Origin: Squalus acanthias | Taxonomy: Eukaryota | DNA length: 64,000 nucleotides | Direction of reading: 5' to 3' | Assembly: GCA_030390025.1 (NCBI GenBank) | Contig: CM059432.1 | Coordinates: 3,410,001-3,474,000, forward strand | In this document: positions 1-13,694 of the stretch, piece after piece | Layout: every line of letters begins with the position of its first letter | Position numbering within the stretch: position 1 is the first letter of the stretch | Notes under the pieces: model-generated | The model's input: only the letters and a program-made list of their open reading frames with translations | The model's database searches: none | What the model was told of the DNA's origin: nothing | Translations under genes and position numbers: made by a program

Positions 1-175
1 AAAGGGTGGTGGGAGCAGATTCAGCAACAACTATCAGAAGAATTGGATAAATACTTGAAGCGAAAGAATTGGCAGGGCTATGGGGAAAGAGCAGGGGGGG
101 AGTGGGACTAATCGGAGAGCTCGACCAAAGACAGGCACGATGGGCCGAATGGCCTCTTTCTGCACTGTAAGATTC
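1..175 (+). mobile_element. CR1 LINE 3' end fragment
   Basis: Typical CR1 3' end (ggcacgatgggccgaatggcct...ctgcactgtaagattct), shared with many copies in the window. Confidence 0.8.
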
Positions 176-368
176 TAATGAGGTGTTTCGTGCCAACATT
201 AAGACAATCCGGTATCTTTGTCCTCGGCAAGCTTAATTTAAGAGAGGGCGCTATTTGTAATCTCACAAGGGGAGAATGGAAAGTGAACGTCTTAAAATAA
301 AACTAATTTGATCAGGAAGTCATTGTGTTTTGTTTGAGGGATGAGAGTAGGGGGAGCAGGAGTCTACT

Positions 369-604
369 TTTTTTTTAATTCGCTTATGGGATGTGGGCGT
401 CGCTGGCAAGGCCAGCATTTATTGCCCATCCCTAGTTGCCCTCGAGAAGGTGGTGGTGAGCCGCCTTCTTGAACCGCTGCAGTCCGTGTGGTGAAGGTGC
501 TCCCACAGTGCTGTTAGGGAGGGAGTTCCAGGATTCTGACCCAGCGACAATGAAGGAACGGCCGATATACTTCCAAGTCAGGATGGTGTGTGGCTTGGAG
601 GGGA
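369..604 (-). mobile_element. CR1/L2-group LINE 'family B' 3' end with poly(A)
   Basis: Reverse complement of the 3' end at 60300-60527 (ORF end ...SWNSLPNSTVGAPSPHGLQRFKKAAHHHLL.GN). Confidence 0.8.
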
Positions 605-1714
605 ACAATGTTAACTGCACACGGTGCAAAGCGAGGATGCAGCATTAATTTGAGGGTATCAGATGTCTTTTCACAGGATCAAATAAAGTCAGGTCACACT
701 CTCTCCTAATTTGAACTGATGGGCTTGTGAGGAGATCCCTTTGGAGCCAGGCACTGGAATGTGCTTCATTTGTTGTTCCACCCCTCCCAGCCACGCTGCT
801 CCACCAGATATTTTGACCCGATATACCTTAAGCCGTAAACTATGAACCGTTAAAATACAAAGTGCAAATTTCTTGCCAACTGACACTTCACAAAACCGAA
901 ACTACATGCGTGAATAGTGAGTCTGGGGTTTCGGACACTCGTTTCTCAATTACATTGATTGTAGTGACTGAATCCAGGGACAGACTTACTCCCGAACAGG
1001 GCAGCCGAGTTTTGGATGACCTCAGTTTATGTAGGGTGGAATGTGGGAGGCCAGCCAGGAGTGCGTTGGAATAGTCGAGTCCAGAGGTGGAGGGCCATCG
1101 TAACGGAGCCAACACTGGCCTCGTAGATGTCCACATAAGTTTTCCAGCTGCGGTATTATGGGATAGCTGTTAGGAGCAAGAAACCTTACACACAGGGTGT
1201 CCAAGCTCGTGTCCTTATGCCCACATCGATTTCTACCGCGGACCCTCACAGTTCACACGCATCGCTTGAATTGATGTTCACATTAATTCATACTTATTCG
1301 AAGTCGCTGATATGAACACATCTTTGAAATTTTGATTTAGGATTTATCCACCAATGAGGGACCAGCACGGAAGAAAAACCCCCTTTCCAAAGTCTCCAGG
1401 TTAACAAAGCTCACAGATCAAAGCAGAAAAAGAATAAGCACAAATGGGACCACATCGCCTGGGTTGTGAAGGGCAAATTGTCAGGGTTCAGGGGCTGCAT
1501 GTGACTCTCCCCATCCCACCGACTTCTCCCCTACCTCCAAACCACCCCCCTACTACCCCCCCCCTCCCCCAACCCAATGGCGCAGAAAGCAAATGGAGCT
1601 AGCGCCACTTAAAAAAAAATAAGCAGCTTTGGAGGACCACTTACATTAAACAAAAAAAATACAAGCCCGTTTTAGCTGAAACTGCAGGCAAGCCCCAAAG
1701 TTTTCTGAAGTGAA

Positions 1715-2015
1715 ACAAAATCTGACACCGAGCCACACAAGGAGATATTAGGACAGGCGACCAAAAGCTTGGTCAAAGAGGTAGGTTTTAAGAAATGTCT
1801 TAAAGGAGGAGAGAGAGGCGGAGAGGTTTAGGGAGGGAATTCCAGAGCTCGGGGCCCCGGCAGCTGAAGGCACGGCCGCCAATGGTGGAGCGATGGAAAT
1901 CGGGAATGCGCAATAGCTAGAATTGGAGGAGGGCAGAGATCTCGGAGGGTTGTAGGGTTTGAGGAGATTACAGAGATAGGGAGGAGCAGGGCCATGGAGG
2001 GATTTGAAAACAAGG
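1715..2015 (-). mobile_element. L2 LINE 3' fragment
   Basis: ORF 1748-2107 contains ILVFKSLHGPAPPYL...FKTFLKTYLFDQAF, the L2 ORF2 C-terminus. Confidence 0.8.
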
Positions 2016-2351
2016 ATATCAGTTTTATTACAATTTATTAATTGGCTGACTCTACGGGTATCTGGAGTTAGCTGGGAGGCAAATATTGTTGCATTCTGGA
2101 GAACCAAAATTATTCTAGCGCAGGTTTGATTCTGGTCCTATTCTTAAGTAGCTCAGTCTCATAAAAAAACTAAAATATCTCCAAAGGAAAACAAGACAAC
2201 CGCATTACAGTTCACGACCTTGGCTTGCATGACCCGAGTTCGAATCCCTTTTAAGTAAATATAAGCAATAGTTGAGAACATAAAACAGAGGTAAACAATG
2301 GTACTGAAGTTAGCTCAGACACTTGAAATGTCAAAAAAGACCTTTTCTCAG

Positions 2352-3230
2352 AGTCATAGTCATAGAGTTATACAGCACAGAAAGAGGCCCTTCGGCCCAT
2401 CGTGTCCGCACCGGCCATCAAGCCCTGTCTATTCTAATCCCAGTTTCCAGCACTTGGTCCGTAGCCTTGTATGCTATGGCATTTCAAGTGCTCATCTAAA
2501 TGCTTCTTGAATGTTGAGGGTTCCTGCCTCTACCACCCTTTCAGGCAGTGAGTTCCAGATTCCAACCACCCTCTGGGTGAAAAAGTTTTTCCTCAAATCC
2601 CCTCTAAACCTCCTGCCTCTTACCTTGAAACTATGCCCCCTGGTTATTGACCCCTCTACTAAGGGGAAAAGGTCCTTTCTATCTACCCTATCTATGCCCC
2701 TCATAATTTTGCACACCTCAATCAGGTCCCCCCTCAGCCTTCTCTGCTCTAAGGAAAACAACCCCAGCCTGTCCAGTCTCTCTTCATAGCTGAAGCGCTC
2801 CAGCCCAGGTAACATCCTGGTGAATCCCCTCTGCACCCTCTCTAATACAATCACATCCTTCCTATAGTGTGGTGACCAGAACTGCACACAGTATTCCAGC
2901 TGTGGCCTAACTAGCGTTTTGTACAGCTCCATCATAACCTCCCTGCTCTTATATTCTATGCCTCGGCTAATGAAGGCAAGTATCCCATATGCCTTCTTAA
3001 CCACCTTATCTACCTGTCCTGCTGTATTCAGGGATCTATGTACATGCACACCAAGGTCGCTCTGATCCTCTGTCCTTCCTAGGGTCCTACCATTCATTGT
3101 GTATTCCCTTGCCTTGTTAGTCCTCCCAAAATGCATCACCTCACACTTTTCAGGGTTAAATTCCATTTGCCACTGTTCTGCCCATCTGACCAACCCGTCT
3201 ATATCGTCCTGTAGCCTGAGGCTTCCCTCC
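2352..3230 (-). mobile_element. CR1 LINE, 5'-truncated (RT C-terminal region and 3' UTR)
   Basis: ORF 2492-3193: WQMEFNPEKCEVMHFG, LVRPQLEYCVQFWSP, RRLRGDLIEV, FFTQRVVGIWNSLP. Confidence 0.9.
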
Positions 3231-3309
3231 TTTCTGATATGTATGGATTTAAAAAAATCCCGTCACTACTTTAGCCTGTCCCTCCCCTCATATCCTGGAG
3301 GTGATGAAT

Positions 3310-4205
3310 CCTAGGAAGAGGAGGAGGCCATTCAGCGCCTCGAGCCTGCTCCGTCCATTCAATGAGATCATGGCTGATCTGCGACCTAACTCCATATACC
3401 CGCCTTTGGCCCATATCCCTTAATACCTTTGGTTAACAGAAATCTATCAATCTCCGTTTTAAAATTAATTGATCTAGCATCAATTGCCGTTTGCAGAAGA
3501 GAGTTCCAAACTTCTACCACCCTTTGTGTGCAGAAGTGTTTCCTAATTTCACTCCTGAAAGGTCTGGCTCTAATTTTTTTATTTTTTTTTAAGGCTATGC
3601 CCTCTAGTCCTAGACGTCCTAACCAGTGGAAATAGTTTCTCTCTCTCTACCCAATCTGTTCCCTTAATATCTTGAAAATGTCGATCAGATCACCCCTTAA
3701 CCTTCTAAATTCTAGGGAACACAACCTTAATTTGTGTAATATCTCCTCGTAACTTAACCCTTGAAGTCCGGGTATCGTTCTGGTTGGTCCCTGATGGGCT
3801 ACTGTTCCAAGGATGCTAGGCACCCCTCCACTACCAAGTGGCCATTCTTTTATGTGGAAATCTAGACAGCAAGTGTGTGTGAGTGAGCGAGCTATGTACA
3901 ACAACAACTTGTATTTATACAGGGCCTTTAACGTAGTAAAATGTCGCACGGTGTTTCACAGGAGCGATTGTCAAACAAAATTTGACACCGAGCTACGAGA
4001 TATTAGGACAGGTGACCAAAAGCTTGGTCAAAGTGGTAGGTTTTAAGGAGTGTCTTAAAGGAGGAGAGAGAGGCGGAGAGGTTTAGGGAGGGAATTCCAG
4101 AGCTTAGGACCCAGGCAGCTGAAGGCACGGACGACAATGGCGGGGGCGAAGGAAATCAGGGATGCTCGAGAGGCCAGAATTGGAGGAGCGCAGAGATCTC
4201 GGGAG
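3310..4205 (-). mobile_element. CR1 3' end (about 3310-3790) and L2 3' end (about 3899-4205)
   Basis: Matches other CR1 and L2 3' ends in the window; the L2 part ends in (caa)n cttgtatttata. Confidence 0.75.
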
Positions 4206-5373
4206 GGTCAAACACAAATTCGGAGCCCCGCCCAGCAATCATGCACTTTCTCGCAAAGTGCACTGGACAAGAATTAGGAGCGGCAGGTTCGCTCAATTAG
4301 CCCCATCCAGCCGACAAGCACCAACTATGACTTCCTTTCTTTCCCTCTCTCCTCTCCTCTTTTGTCCCACTATCAAGCCAACGTCTAACTTGAACCTAGG
4401 ACCATCCTGGCCTGTATGGCTCAGTTCCAACATCGAGGGAAGCTATGGAATGTCACGTTTTTTTGATTCATTCGAGGTGTGGGCGTCGCTGGCAAGGCCG
4501 GCATTTATTGCCCTTCCCTAGTTGCCCCGAGGCGGCGACGACACTGATCCCACTCCTTGAACCTGCTGCAATTCTTTTGTAGCGGCTCGATACAACCGAG
4601 TGGCTCGCTAGGCCACTACGGTGATAGTCACGAGTCAACCACATTGGTGTGGGACTGAAGTCACACGTAGGCCCAGACCGGGCAAGGACGGCAGGTTTCC
4701 TTTCCCCCCCCCCCCCCCCCCCGAAAAAAAGGACATTGGTTGGGTTTTTAGCAACAATTTCGTTATCCCTTTTACTGGTACCACGTGCCAATTTTTTTTT
4801 TTTAATACCGAATTCAAATTCTCAAGACTGCCACGGTGGGATTCGAACTCACATTCTCCGGATGAGTCTAGGCCTTGGATTACCAGTCCAGTAACGATAC
4901 CGTCATCATAACCGGAACTTATTTCCAGGAGGATTACATCAAATACATCGGAATACACAATGTCTTGCCTTGTTCGCAAGAGTTTAACTGAAGCCCTGTC
5001 AAATGTAGTTCTATATCTCAAAAAAAAACAGCACAAAGGCCTGCTTGGGATTCCGTATTTGACGTCGCGACGGAAAACAGTCCTTTAGACGGCTTTTAGG
5101 AAAGTACAGAAAGCATTATCTCATTAGGCTGATTTCAATGTTTTATCACGTCAGCTGACTTCCACTCAACACATTCCCTTTGTGTGGCAGCTCAGACCCT
5201 AGTGTGCGTGAGTGTTTTTTTCCACCATGCTTATAAGCCTTTATTACAATCCTTCGGGAATCTGGTACTTAAAAAGAGAGAGAGAGAGAGAGGGAAAAAA
5301 ACCCTTGCTTAATGCAAAGTCCCGGATTTCCCCCCACTGTACTTAGTGGCTACACAAACTGAGTCTACCTCAC

Positions 5374-5446
5374 CGAGAACCCGTGTCCCTTGTCAAAGAG
5401 GGCTACCGGGGGGTAGTTGGACTAAATCCAACGCTCCCAGTGACTC
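5374..5446 (-). other. Probable 73-nt non-coding exon (5' UTR or poison exon) of an unidentified minus-strand host gene
   Basis: Minus strand shows a long polypyrimidine tract ...ccctccctcctgctgttgttcag|GAGTCAC and a donor TTCTCG|gtgagg. Stop codons in all three frames, no ATG. Lies in repeat-free DNA. Confidence 0.5.
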
Positions 5447-5794
5447 CTGAACAACAGCAGGAGGGAGGGTGAAACAAAAAAAAAAGTGGGAGGAAAAAAA
5501 GCCATCGGGACCAGCTCTGTGCATCAGAGCAGTCAGTTGGCGCTGGACGTATACACTGTAGTCAGGCTGCCTACAGGTAATGCGGTAAATTCCAGTTAAC
5601 GGGCTAATTGCGAGTCAGGGACATGTAGAAAACCCACGGAAATACTAATGTTACTCATCCAATTCTGAAAAGATAATCACACGTGGCGCAGTACTAACGA
5701 GGGCTTCTTTGTGTTCAGCACCTTGCCTGCTACTAATACAAATATACGCGCGCACAATCCGAATTGTATTTATATTTTACACATTTTTAATAAC

Positions 5795-6570
5795 AAATTT
5801 GAGACTTCAATTGTGTGGCGAGACTAGAGAAGCTGGGGTTGTTCTCGTGGAGCAGAGAAGGTTAAGGAGAGATTTAATCGAGGCGTTCTATAATCATGAA
5901 AGGTTTTGATAAGATTAGAAGGACAAGGGCAGCAGCCGCATGGGAACACCAATTTCTCCAAGTTCTCCTCCAAGTCACACACCATCCTGACTTGGAAATA
6001 TATTGCCGATCCTTCATCGTCGCTGGGTCAAAATCCTGGAACTCCCTCCCTAACAGCACTGTGGGAGCACCTTCACCACACGGACTGCAGCGGTTCAAGA
6101 AGGCGGCTCACCACCACCTTCTCGAGGGCAACTAGGGATGGGCAATAAATGCCAGCTGGCCTTGCCAGCGATGCCCACATCCCATAAACAAATAAAAAAA
6201 GGATGGAGAGCAACTGCTTCCACTGGCGGGAGAGTCAGTAACCAGAGGACACAGATTTACGGTAATTGGCAAAAAGAACCAGAGAGGGAGGTGAGGAGAA
6301 TTTTTCTTTCATTAAACGCCGAGAGTTATGATCTGGAATGCGCTGCCTGAAAGGGCGGTGGAAGCAGATTCAATAATAACTTTCAAAAAGGGGAACTGGA
6401 TAAACATTTGGAAGGAGAGAATTTTTTTTGCAGGGCTATGGGGAACAAGCAGGCCGGGGAGGTGATGGGGGGGGAAAGAGAGAGAGAGTGGGACTAATTG
6501 GAGAGCTCTTTCAAAGAGCCAGCACAGGCACGATGGGCCGAATGGCCTCCTTCTGTGCTGCAAGATTCTA
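5795..6570 (+). mobile_element. CR1 3' fragment interrupted by a family-B LINE 3' end (about 5915-6200)
   Basis: CR1 EQRRLRRDLIE region resumes after the poly(A) of the nested LINE. Confidence 0.75.
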
Positions 6571-7995
6571 CGGTGTCTATCAGCCACTCACTGCAAACTT
6601 AGCAACCGATTATCAAGGATCCAAGATAAAACGATTCGAAACAAACAAGCCCTTCAGAATGTGCACACACTTATCAGCAACACATTCCAGGCAAGTTGTT
6701 CCATAGATACAGGTGGGGGGGGGGAAATCACTCTCCTGCAGTCTACAGCTTCACATTCTGCCTGTGAGCACGGACAAAAGAGTGCAGTGCATCTTCCTCT
6801 CTCCGTGGGCCGCCCAATCGCTGCCGTTTCCCTCAGCTCTGCAAGGGCAAATCTCCAAAATAGGTGACTTTGAAAAGAAAAATCTGCAGCTGACTCTGCA
6901 CTGCCAATGTTTAATTCTGAATCATCAGCTGGACAAAAGAGGGAGGGAGAGAAGAACAAAAGGTGGGGGGGGGGGAGAAAAATACACGAGTGGACAAGCT
7001 GCAATAGCATTTATTACAGCTCAATTGCACCCCCCCCCCCCCAAACAAATCCCCCGCAGTAATGTTTGGGTAGGAATTGGAGCAGAGACTTCATTACATT
7101 GCATCGATCAGCCCCCAAACACAAAGACCCTGGATTTATCGATCACTTCAAACAACACAAAAAAAAACCCGGGCCATTTGCCAATCCATGAGCCACAACT
7201 CTCACAGTCGATACTGGCCTCACTCAGCAAACAGTACTGCTCAAATATTGCACCTTTCCTTTACAAACACCACGCATTCTTTTTTTTTTAATCAGCAGTT
7301 CCTAACCGCCGAATTAAATCAGAGTTTCAGCCCAACAAACCAGCATCCCCATATTAGGAGAGTCGATACCCTCCGTCACACCACCTCCTTCTCACACACA
7401 CGCACATTAAACGCAAGTGGATAAAGGGTCTAGGACACAACAGATGCCCATTAATCATCACCCAGCCTCGTGATTAATTTCCAACTGCAGATATAGCTCA
7501 AGACTTTAAAGTCAGGAAGTTATTTTATGCCATTTTGCTTACTGCAAGCATCAGATTATGTGGTCTAAATCAATTAAACTCTCATCTTCCTTCCTCCAGC
7601 ACACTTTGCACCTACATTAGCCTGTCTACAGTGAATCTATAGCCCTCATTCTCCAGGTGCCTTTCACTCACATTTGGTACTTTGAATTTTAAGCCGGCAC
7701 TTATTTTTTTTTAATGAGTACTCATTTTTTTTTATCCCGAATGATTATTAGCCCAATTTAAAAGGACATGTGTAATATTTTATTAGCATTTAGAACATAA
7801 GAATTAGGAGCAGGAGTAGGCCATACGGCCCCTCGAGCCTGCTCCGCCATTCAATAAGATCATGGCTGATCATCGACCTCAACTCCACTCTCCCGCCCGA
7901 TCCCCCTAGAGATCTTATCTTATTATTATAGTCCAAAAATCTATCAATCTCAGCCTTGAATATACTCAACGACTCAGCATCCACAGCCCTCTGGG

Positions 7996-9443
7996 GGTGG
8001 TGCCAGAGGACTGGAGAATTGCAAATGTTACATCCATGTTCAAAAAAAGGGTGTTATGGATAAACCCAGCAACCACAGGCCAGTCAGTTTAACCTCGGTA
8101 GTGGGGAAGCTTTTAGAAACAGTAATCAGGGACAAAATTAGTCACTTGGACAAGTGTGGATTAATTAAGGAAAGCCAGCACGGATTTGTTAAAGGCAAAT
8201 CGTGTTTAACTAACTTGATCGAGTTTTTTGATGAGGTAACAGAGGGGGTTGATGAGGGCAATGCGGTTGATGTGGTGTACATGGACTTTCAAAAGGCGTT
8301 TGATAAAGTGTCACATAATAGGCTTGCCAGCAAAGTTGAAGCCCATGGAATAAAAGGGACAGTGGCAGCATGGATACGGATATGGCTAAGTGATAGGAAA
8401 CAGAGAGTAGTGGTGAACGGTTGTTTTTCGGACTGGAGGAAGATATACAGTGGTGTTTCCCCAGGGGTCGGTTCTAGGACCACTGCTTTTCTTGGTATAT
8501 ATTAATGACTTGGACTTGGGTGTACAGGGCACAATTTCAAAATGTGCAGATGACACAAAGCTTGGAAGTATAGTGAACAGTGAGGAGGATAGTGATAGAC
8601 TTCAAGAAGACATAGACAGGCTGGTGGAATGGGCGGACACGTGGCAGATGAAATTTAATGCAGAAAAGTGCGAAGTGATACATTTTGGTAGAAAGAATGA
8701 GGAGAGGCAATATAAACTAAAGGGTACAATTCTAAAGAGAGTGCATGGAGAGAGAGACCTGGGGGTATATGTGCACAAATCGTTGAAGGTGGCAGGGAAG
8801 GTTGAGAAAGCGGTTAAACAAGCTTACGGGATCCTGGGCTTCATGAATAGAGGCATAGAGTACAAAAGCAAGGAAATGATGATGAACCTTTATAAAACAT
8901 TGGTTCGGCCGCAACTGGAGTATTGCGTCCAATTCTGGGCACCGCACTTTATGAAGGATGTGAAGGCCTTAGAGAGGGTGCAGAAAAGATTTACAAGAAT
9001 GATTCCAGGGATGAGGGACTTCAGTTACGTGGATAGACTGGAGAGGCTGGGGTTGTTCTCCTTGGAGCAGAGAAGATTGAGGGGAGATTTGATAGAGGTG
9101 TTCAAAATCATGAGGGGTCTGGACAGAGTAGATAGAGAGAAACTGTTCCCATTGGCAGAAGGGTCGAGAACCAGAGGACACAGATTTAAGGTGATTGGCA
9201 GAAGAACCAAAGGCGACATGAGGAAAAACTTTTTATGCGGCGAGTGGTTATGATCTGGAATGCACTGCCTGAGAGGGTGGTGGAGGCAGACTCAATCGTG
9301 ACTTTCAAAAGGGAATTGGATAAGTACCCGAAGGAAAAAAAAATTGTAGGGCTACGGGGAGTGGGACTGGCTGAGGTGCTCTTGCAGAGAGCCGGCACGG
9401 GCTCGACGAGCCGAATAGCCTCCTTCTGTGCTGCAACCATTCG
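7996..9443 (+). mobile_element. CR1 LINE RT region nested inside a minus-strand CR1 3' end (7790-7995 and 9445-9727)
   Basis: ORFs 8056-8505 (RPVSLTS, SQHGFVKGKSCLTNL, DFQKAFD) and 8450-9253 ([14 protein letters not shown]) are separated by a frameshift. The host CR1 reads ccacagccctctgggg|...|gagaattccaaagattcac. Confidence 0.9.
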
Positions 9444-10176
9444 AGAGAATTCCAAAGATTCACAACCTCTCTGAGTGAAGAAATTGCCCCTCATCTCAGT
9501 CTGTAATAGTCACTCCCTTATCCTGAGACTCTGCCCCCTAGTTCTAGACTCACCAGCCAGGGGGAAACAGCCTCTCAGCATCTACCCGTCAATCCCCCTC
9601 AGAATCTTGTATGTCTCGATGAGATCACCTCTCATTCTTCTAAACTCCAGAGAGTATAGGCCCAATCTACTCAATCTCTCCTCACAAGACAACCCTCTCA
9701 TCCCAGGAATCAATCTAGTGAACCATTGATTTTAAAAGCAAAAAAAAGTTCAAACTATTAATCCATCTAAAACTAGTAACAGATCTCAGTAGCATAGCCG
9801 AAATAAAGGATTCCGAGCCCAATCATGGAGCCATACTTTAGTCGCTAAAATTAGTGTTCAAAAATACTGTCAGCATCGTTAGATGCAACACACACACAAA
9901 AGACACGTCCTGGCTTTTGTGTATATGCACAGTAATAACTGGGGACTGATTTCCAATCTAATCTTTTCTGAAGATTCAGATAACTACGAATCACAACGTT
10001 TACTGCCACAGTTTCACATCATAACCCCTCATATCATTATGGCCTTGTTAATACTTTCACATATCCATTACTCGATATGGCTAAATAACAGTATTTCAAC
10101 TTGGCTCATTCAGCGTATTGATATCAATATAATATTGGAAACCAAATCTCTTAAGCCAATATACTAATGTTGTACC

Positions 10177-11225
10177 AACAACAACAACAACTTGTATTTA
10201 TACAGCACCTTTAACGAAGTAAAACGTCCCAAGGTGCTTCACAGGAGCGATTATCAAACAAAATTTGACACCGAGCCACATAAGGAGATATTAGCACAAG
10301 TGACTAAAAGCTTGGTCCAAGAAGTAGGTTTTTAAGGAGCGTCTTAAAAGGAGGAGAGAGAGGCAGAGAGGTTTAGGGAGGGAATTCCAGAGCTTGGGGA
10401 CGAGGCAGCTGAAGCCATGGTCGGCAATGGCGGAGCGATGGAAATCGGGGATGCTCAAGAGGCCAGAATTGGAGGCGCGCAGAGCTGAGGTAATAGGGCT
10501 GGAGGGGGTGACCGAGATGGCGAGGGGAGAGGCCATGGAAGGATTTGAACACAAGGATGATATAATTTGATGCGGAGATGCCGGTGTTGGACTGGGGTGG
10601 ACAAATGTGAGAAGTCGCACAACACCAGGTTATAGTCCAACAGCTTTATTTGAAATCACAAGCTTTCGGAGAGGCTGCTCCTTCGTCAGGTGAAGTGAAG
10701 AAATACATATGGGCACAGCACATATAGTCAGAGAGCACTGCCAGACGACTACAGTTAATCTTTCCAACTGCCCTTTATCACACTATAATTAAACTATTAA
10801 ACTATTAATAGTATAATTTGAAGCATCGCTGGACCAGGAGCCAATGTAGCACAGGGGGTGGTGGGAGAACACAACTTGGTGCGAGTTAGGATACGGGCAG
10901 CAGAGCTTTGGATGAGCTCAAGTTTACAAAAGGATGGAAGATGGGAGGCCGGCCAGGAGTGTGTTGGAACAGTCGAGTCTGGAGGTAACAAGGGCACGGA
11001 TGAGGGTTTCAGCAGCGGATGGGCTGAGGCAGGGGCGGAGACGGGCGATGTTACAGAGGTGGAAGTAGGCAGTCTTTGTGATAGAGAGAATATGGGGGTC
11101 GGAAGCTCGGCTCAGGGTCTAAACAGGATGCCAAGATTGCAAACAGTCTGGCTCAGCCTCAGACAGTGGCCAGGGAGGAGGATGTTAATTGGTGACTAGG
11201 AAAGGGATTCTGTGGCTGGGGCTGA
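10177..11225 (-). mobile_element. L2 LINE fragment interrupted by a Penelope-like remnant (about 10605-10810)
   Basis: L2 3' tail at 10177; L2 coding remnants in ORFs 10291-10620 and 10797-10997. Confidence 0.8.
10657..10692 (-). ncRNA. Minimal type I hammerhead ribozyme motif (Penelope-associated, family 2)
   Basis: Minus strand: cac-CUGACGA-a-GGAG-cagccu-CUCC-GAAA-GCUU-gug. Stem I cac/gug, stem II GGAG/CUCC, palindromic stem III AGCU. Confidence 0.7.
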
Positions 11226-11980
11226 ATCACAGAAAGTTACAGCACGGAAGGAGGCCATTTCGGCCCATCGTGTCCGCGCCGGCCAACAAAGAGCTATCCA
11301 GCCTAATCCCACTTCCCAGCTCTTGGTCCGTAGCCCTGCAGGTTAGAGCATCCCAAGTGCACATCCAAGTACTTTTTAAATGTGGTTAGGGTTTCTGCCT
11401 CTACCACCCTTTCAGGCAGTGAGTTCCAGACCCCCACAACCCTCTGGGTGAAGAAATTTCCCCATAAATCCCCTCTAAACCTTCCCCCAATTACTTTAAA
11501 TCTGTGCCCCCTGGTGTTTGACCCCTCTGCTAAGGGAAATAGGTCCTTTCTATCCACTTTATCTATGCCCCTCATAATTTTATACACCTCAATAAGGTCT
11601 CCCCTCAGCCTCCTCTGTTCCAAGGAAAACAGACCCAGCCTATCCAGTCTTTCCTCATAGCTAAGATTCTCTACTCCAGGCAACATCCTTGTAAATCTCC
11701 TCTGCACCCTCTCTAGTGCAATCACATCTTTCCTGTAATGTGGTGACCAGAACTGCACGCAGTACTCTAGCCGAGGCCTAAATAGTGTTTTATTCAGTTG
11801 AAGCATAAACCCCCCCCCCCCCGCTCTTGCCTTTATTAGCCGTGGCATAGAATACAAGCATTCCGTATGCCTTCTTAACCACCTTATCTACTTGGCCTGC
11901 TACCTTCAGGGATCTGTGGACATGCACTCCAAGGTCCCTTTGTTCCTCTACACTACTCAGTGTCCTACCATTTAATGTGC
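11226..11980 (-). mobile_element. CR1 LINE 3' fragment
   Basis: ORF 11303-11857 with RPRLEYCVQFWSP and RRLRGDLIEVYKI. Confidence 0.9.
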
Positions 11981-13694
11981 ATACACATCTTGTATGGAAC
12001 TCTTAATTCATTACCTTAAATTCTTCACACCAACAGTGGCAGACCTGTAAACCACCAGTAATTAAGCACAGCTCAAAACTTGGAAGGATGAAATCTCTAA
12101 ACTTAACCGTGCTGCTGGGTATTACTCGTGAACCAAGTAGACACATTAGGAAAATTTCACACACCTCTCTGTGAAATCATAGAATGACACAGCACAGGAG
12201 GAGGCCATTCGGCCCATCGTGCCTGTGCCGGCTCTTTGAAAGAGCTCTCCAATTAGTCCCACTCCCCCCCTGCTCTTTCCCCGTAGCCCTGCCAATTTCC
12301 CCACTCCTTCAAGCATTTATCCAATTCGCCTTTTGAAAGTTACTATTGAATCTGCTTCCACCGTCCTTTCAGGCAGCGTGTTCCAGATCACAACAACTCG
12401 CTGCGTAACTCCTCTCGCCTCCTAATCCAAACAACATTCTGAAGTGATCTTCGTGCCAAACTTCATCATTTTGATGTCAGATTTCAGAGATACACTTCCG
12501 TTGCATTTTCTAAGGAAAAGGGGCCCAGTAGTTAAACACTTGTAAGAGCCACTTTTTGAAGCAATGCATTACCGAGTTCTTTGTTCTCCAACATCTCTCC
12601 AAATCCTACATACAAAATTCGGAGATTTTGGAAAAAAAACAATTTAATAGATTCCTAAATATTTTTCTATTGCGTGCAGAAATCAATTGCAGATTTTGCG
12701 ATGTGCAAATTTATTATATATTCAACAATGACGTAGAAAAATTGCAACTAATTACTTGGAACTGTAGAGCAAGTTAGTGCTTTCTACATAGAATTAACAG
12801 CACAGAAACAGGCCATTCGGCCCAATAGGTCTGTGCCGGTGTTTATGGTCCACACGAGCCTTCTCCCACACCTCTTCATCTCACCCTCTCAGCATTCCTT
12901 TCTCCCTCATGTTTATCCAGCTTCCCCTTAAATGCATCTGTACTATTCGCTTCAACCACTACCTGTGGTAGCGAGTTCCACACTCTCACCACTCTCTGGG
13001 TAAAGAAGTTTCTCCTGAATTCCCGATTGGATTTATTAATGACGGTCTTATATTGATGGCCCCTTGTTCTGGACTCCCCCCACCCCCAAGTGGAAACATC
13101 TTCTCTATGTCTACTCTATCGAGCCCCTTCATAACTTTTAAAGACCTTCTATCAGGTCAACTATCAGTCTTCTAGTTTCTGGAGAAAAGATCCGCAGTCT
13201 ATTCAAGCTTTCCTGATGGTTAGAAACTCTCAGTTCTGGTATCACCCTCTAATCATAAAAGCATTTATTCTGTCACCTGATCAGCTCTGCAAGTCCTTCC
13301 AAAGACACATCGTTCACAACTACCTCCCTCAAACATTTCAAACATTGGGGTCTGAAAAATCAGCACCTGCAGCAGCAGCTCCAGAAAGCCTGGGTTTCTA
13401 TAACTCTCCCGCCCAGGACAGCACTCTACGCACCGGTCATCACAGACAGGTCTGACATTACAATGGAGTCAAAGCCAACGGTGGTGTCAAACCCAGGCGG
13501 CACTAGATCACCTTATCCAGGTATCTTACACCGCCTGTCATTTACCTCTCGACTATAGAGTTATACTGCACCTTCAGCAACAGTGTGAGGGGGGAAACTA
13601 CTTTGCAGTGACTCTTGTTACAGTATAAACACACCCCTTAAACGCATTAGGAAATGGTGGTGGGTGTGATCCCCAAAAGACAATAGAAAAGACA

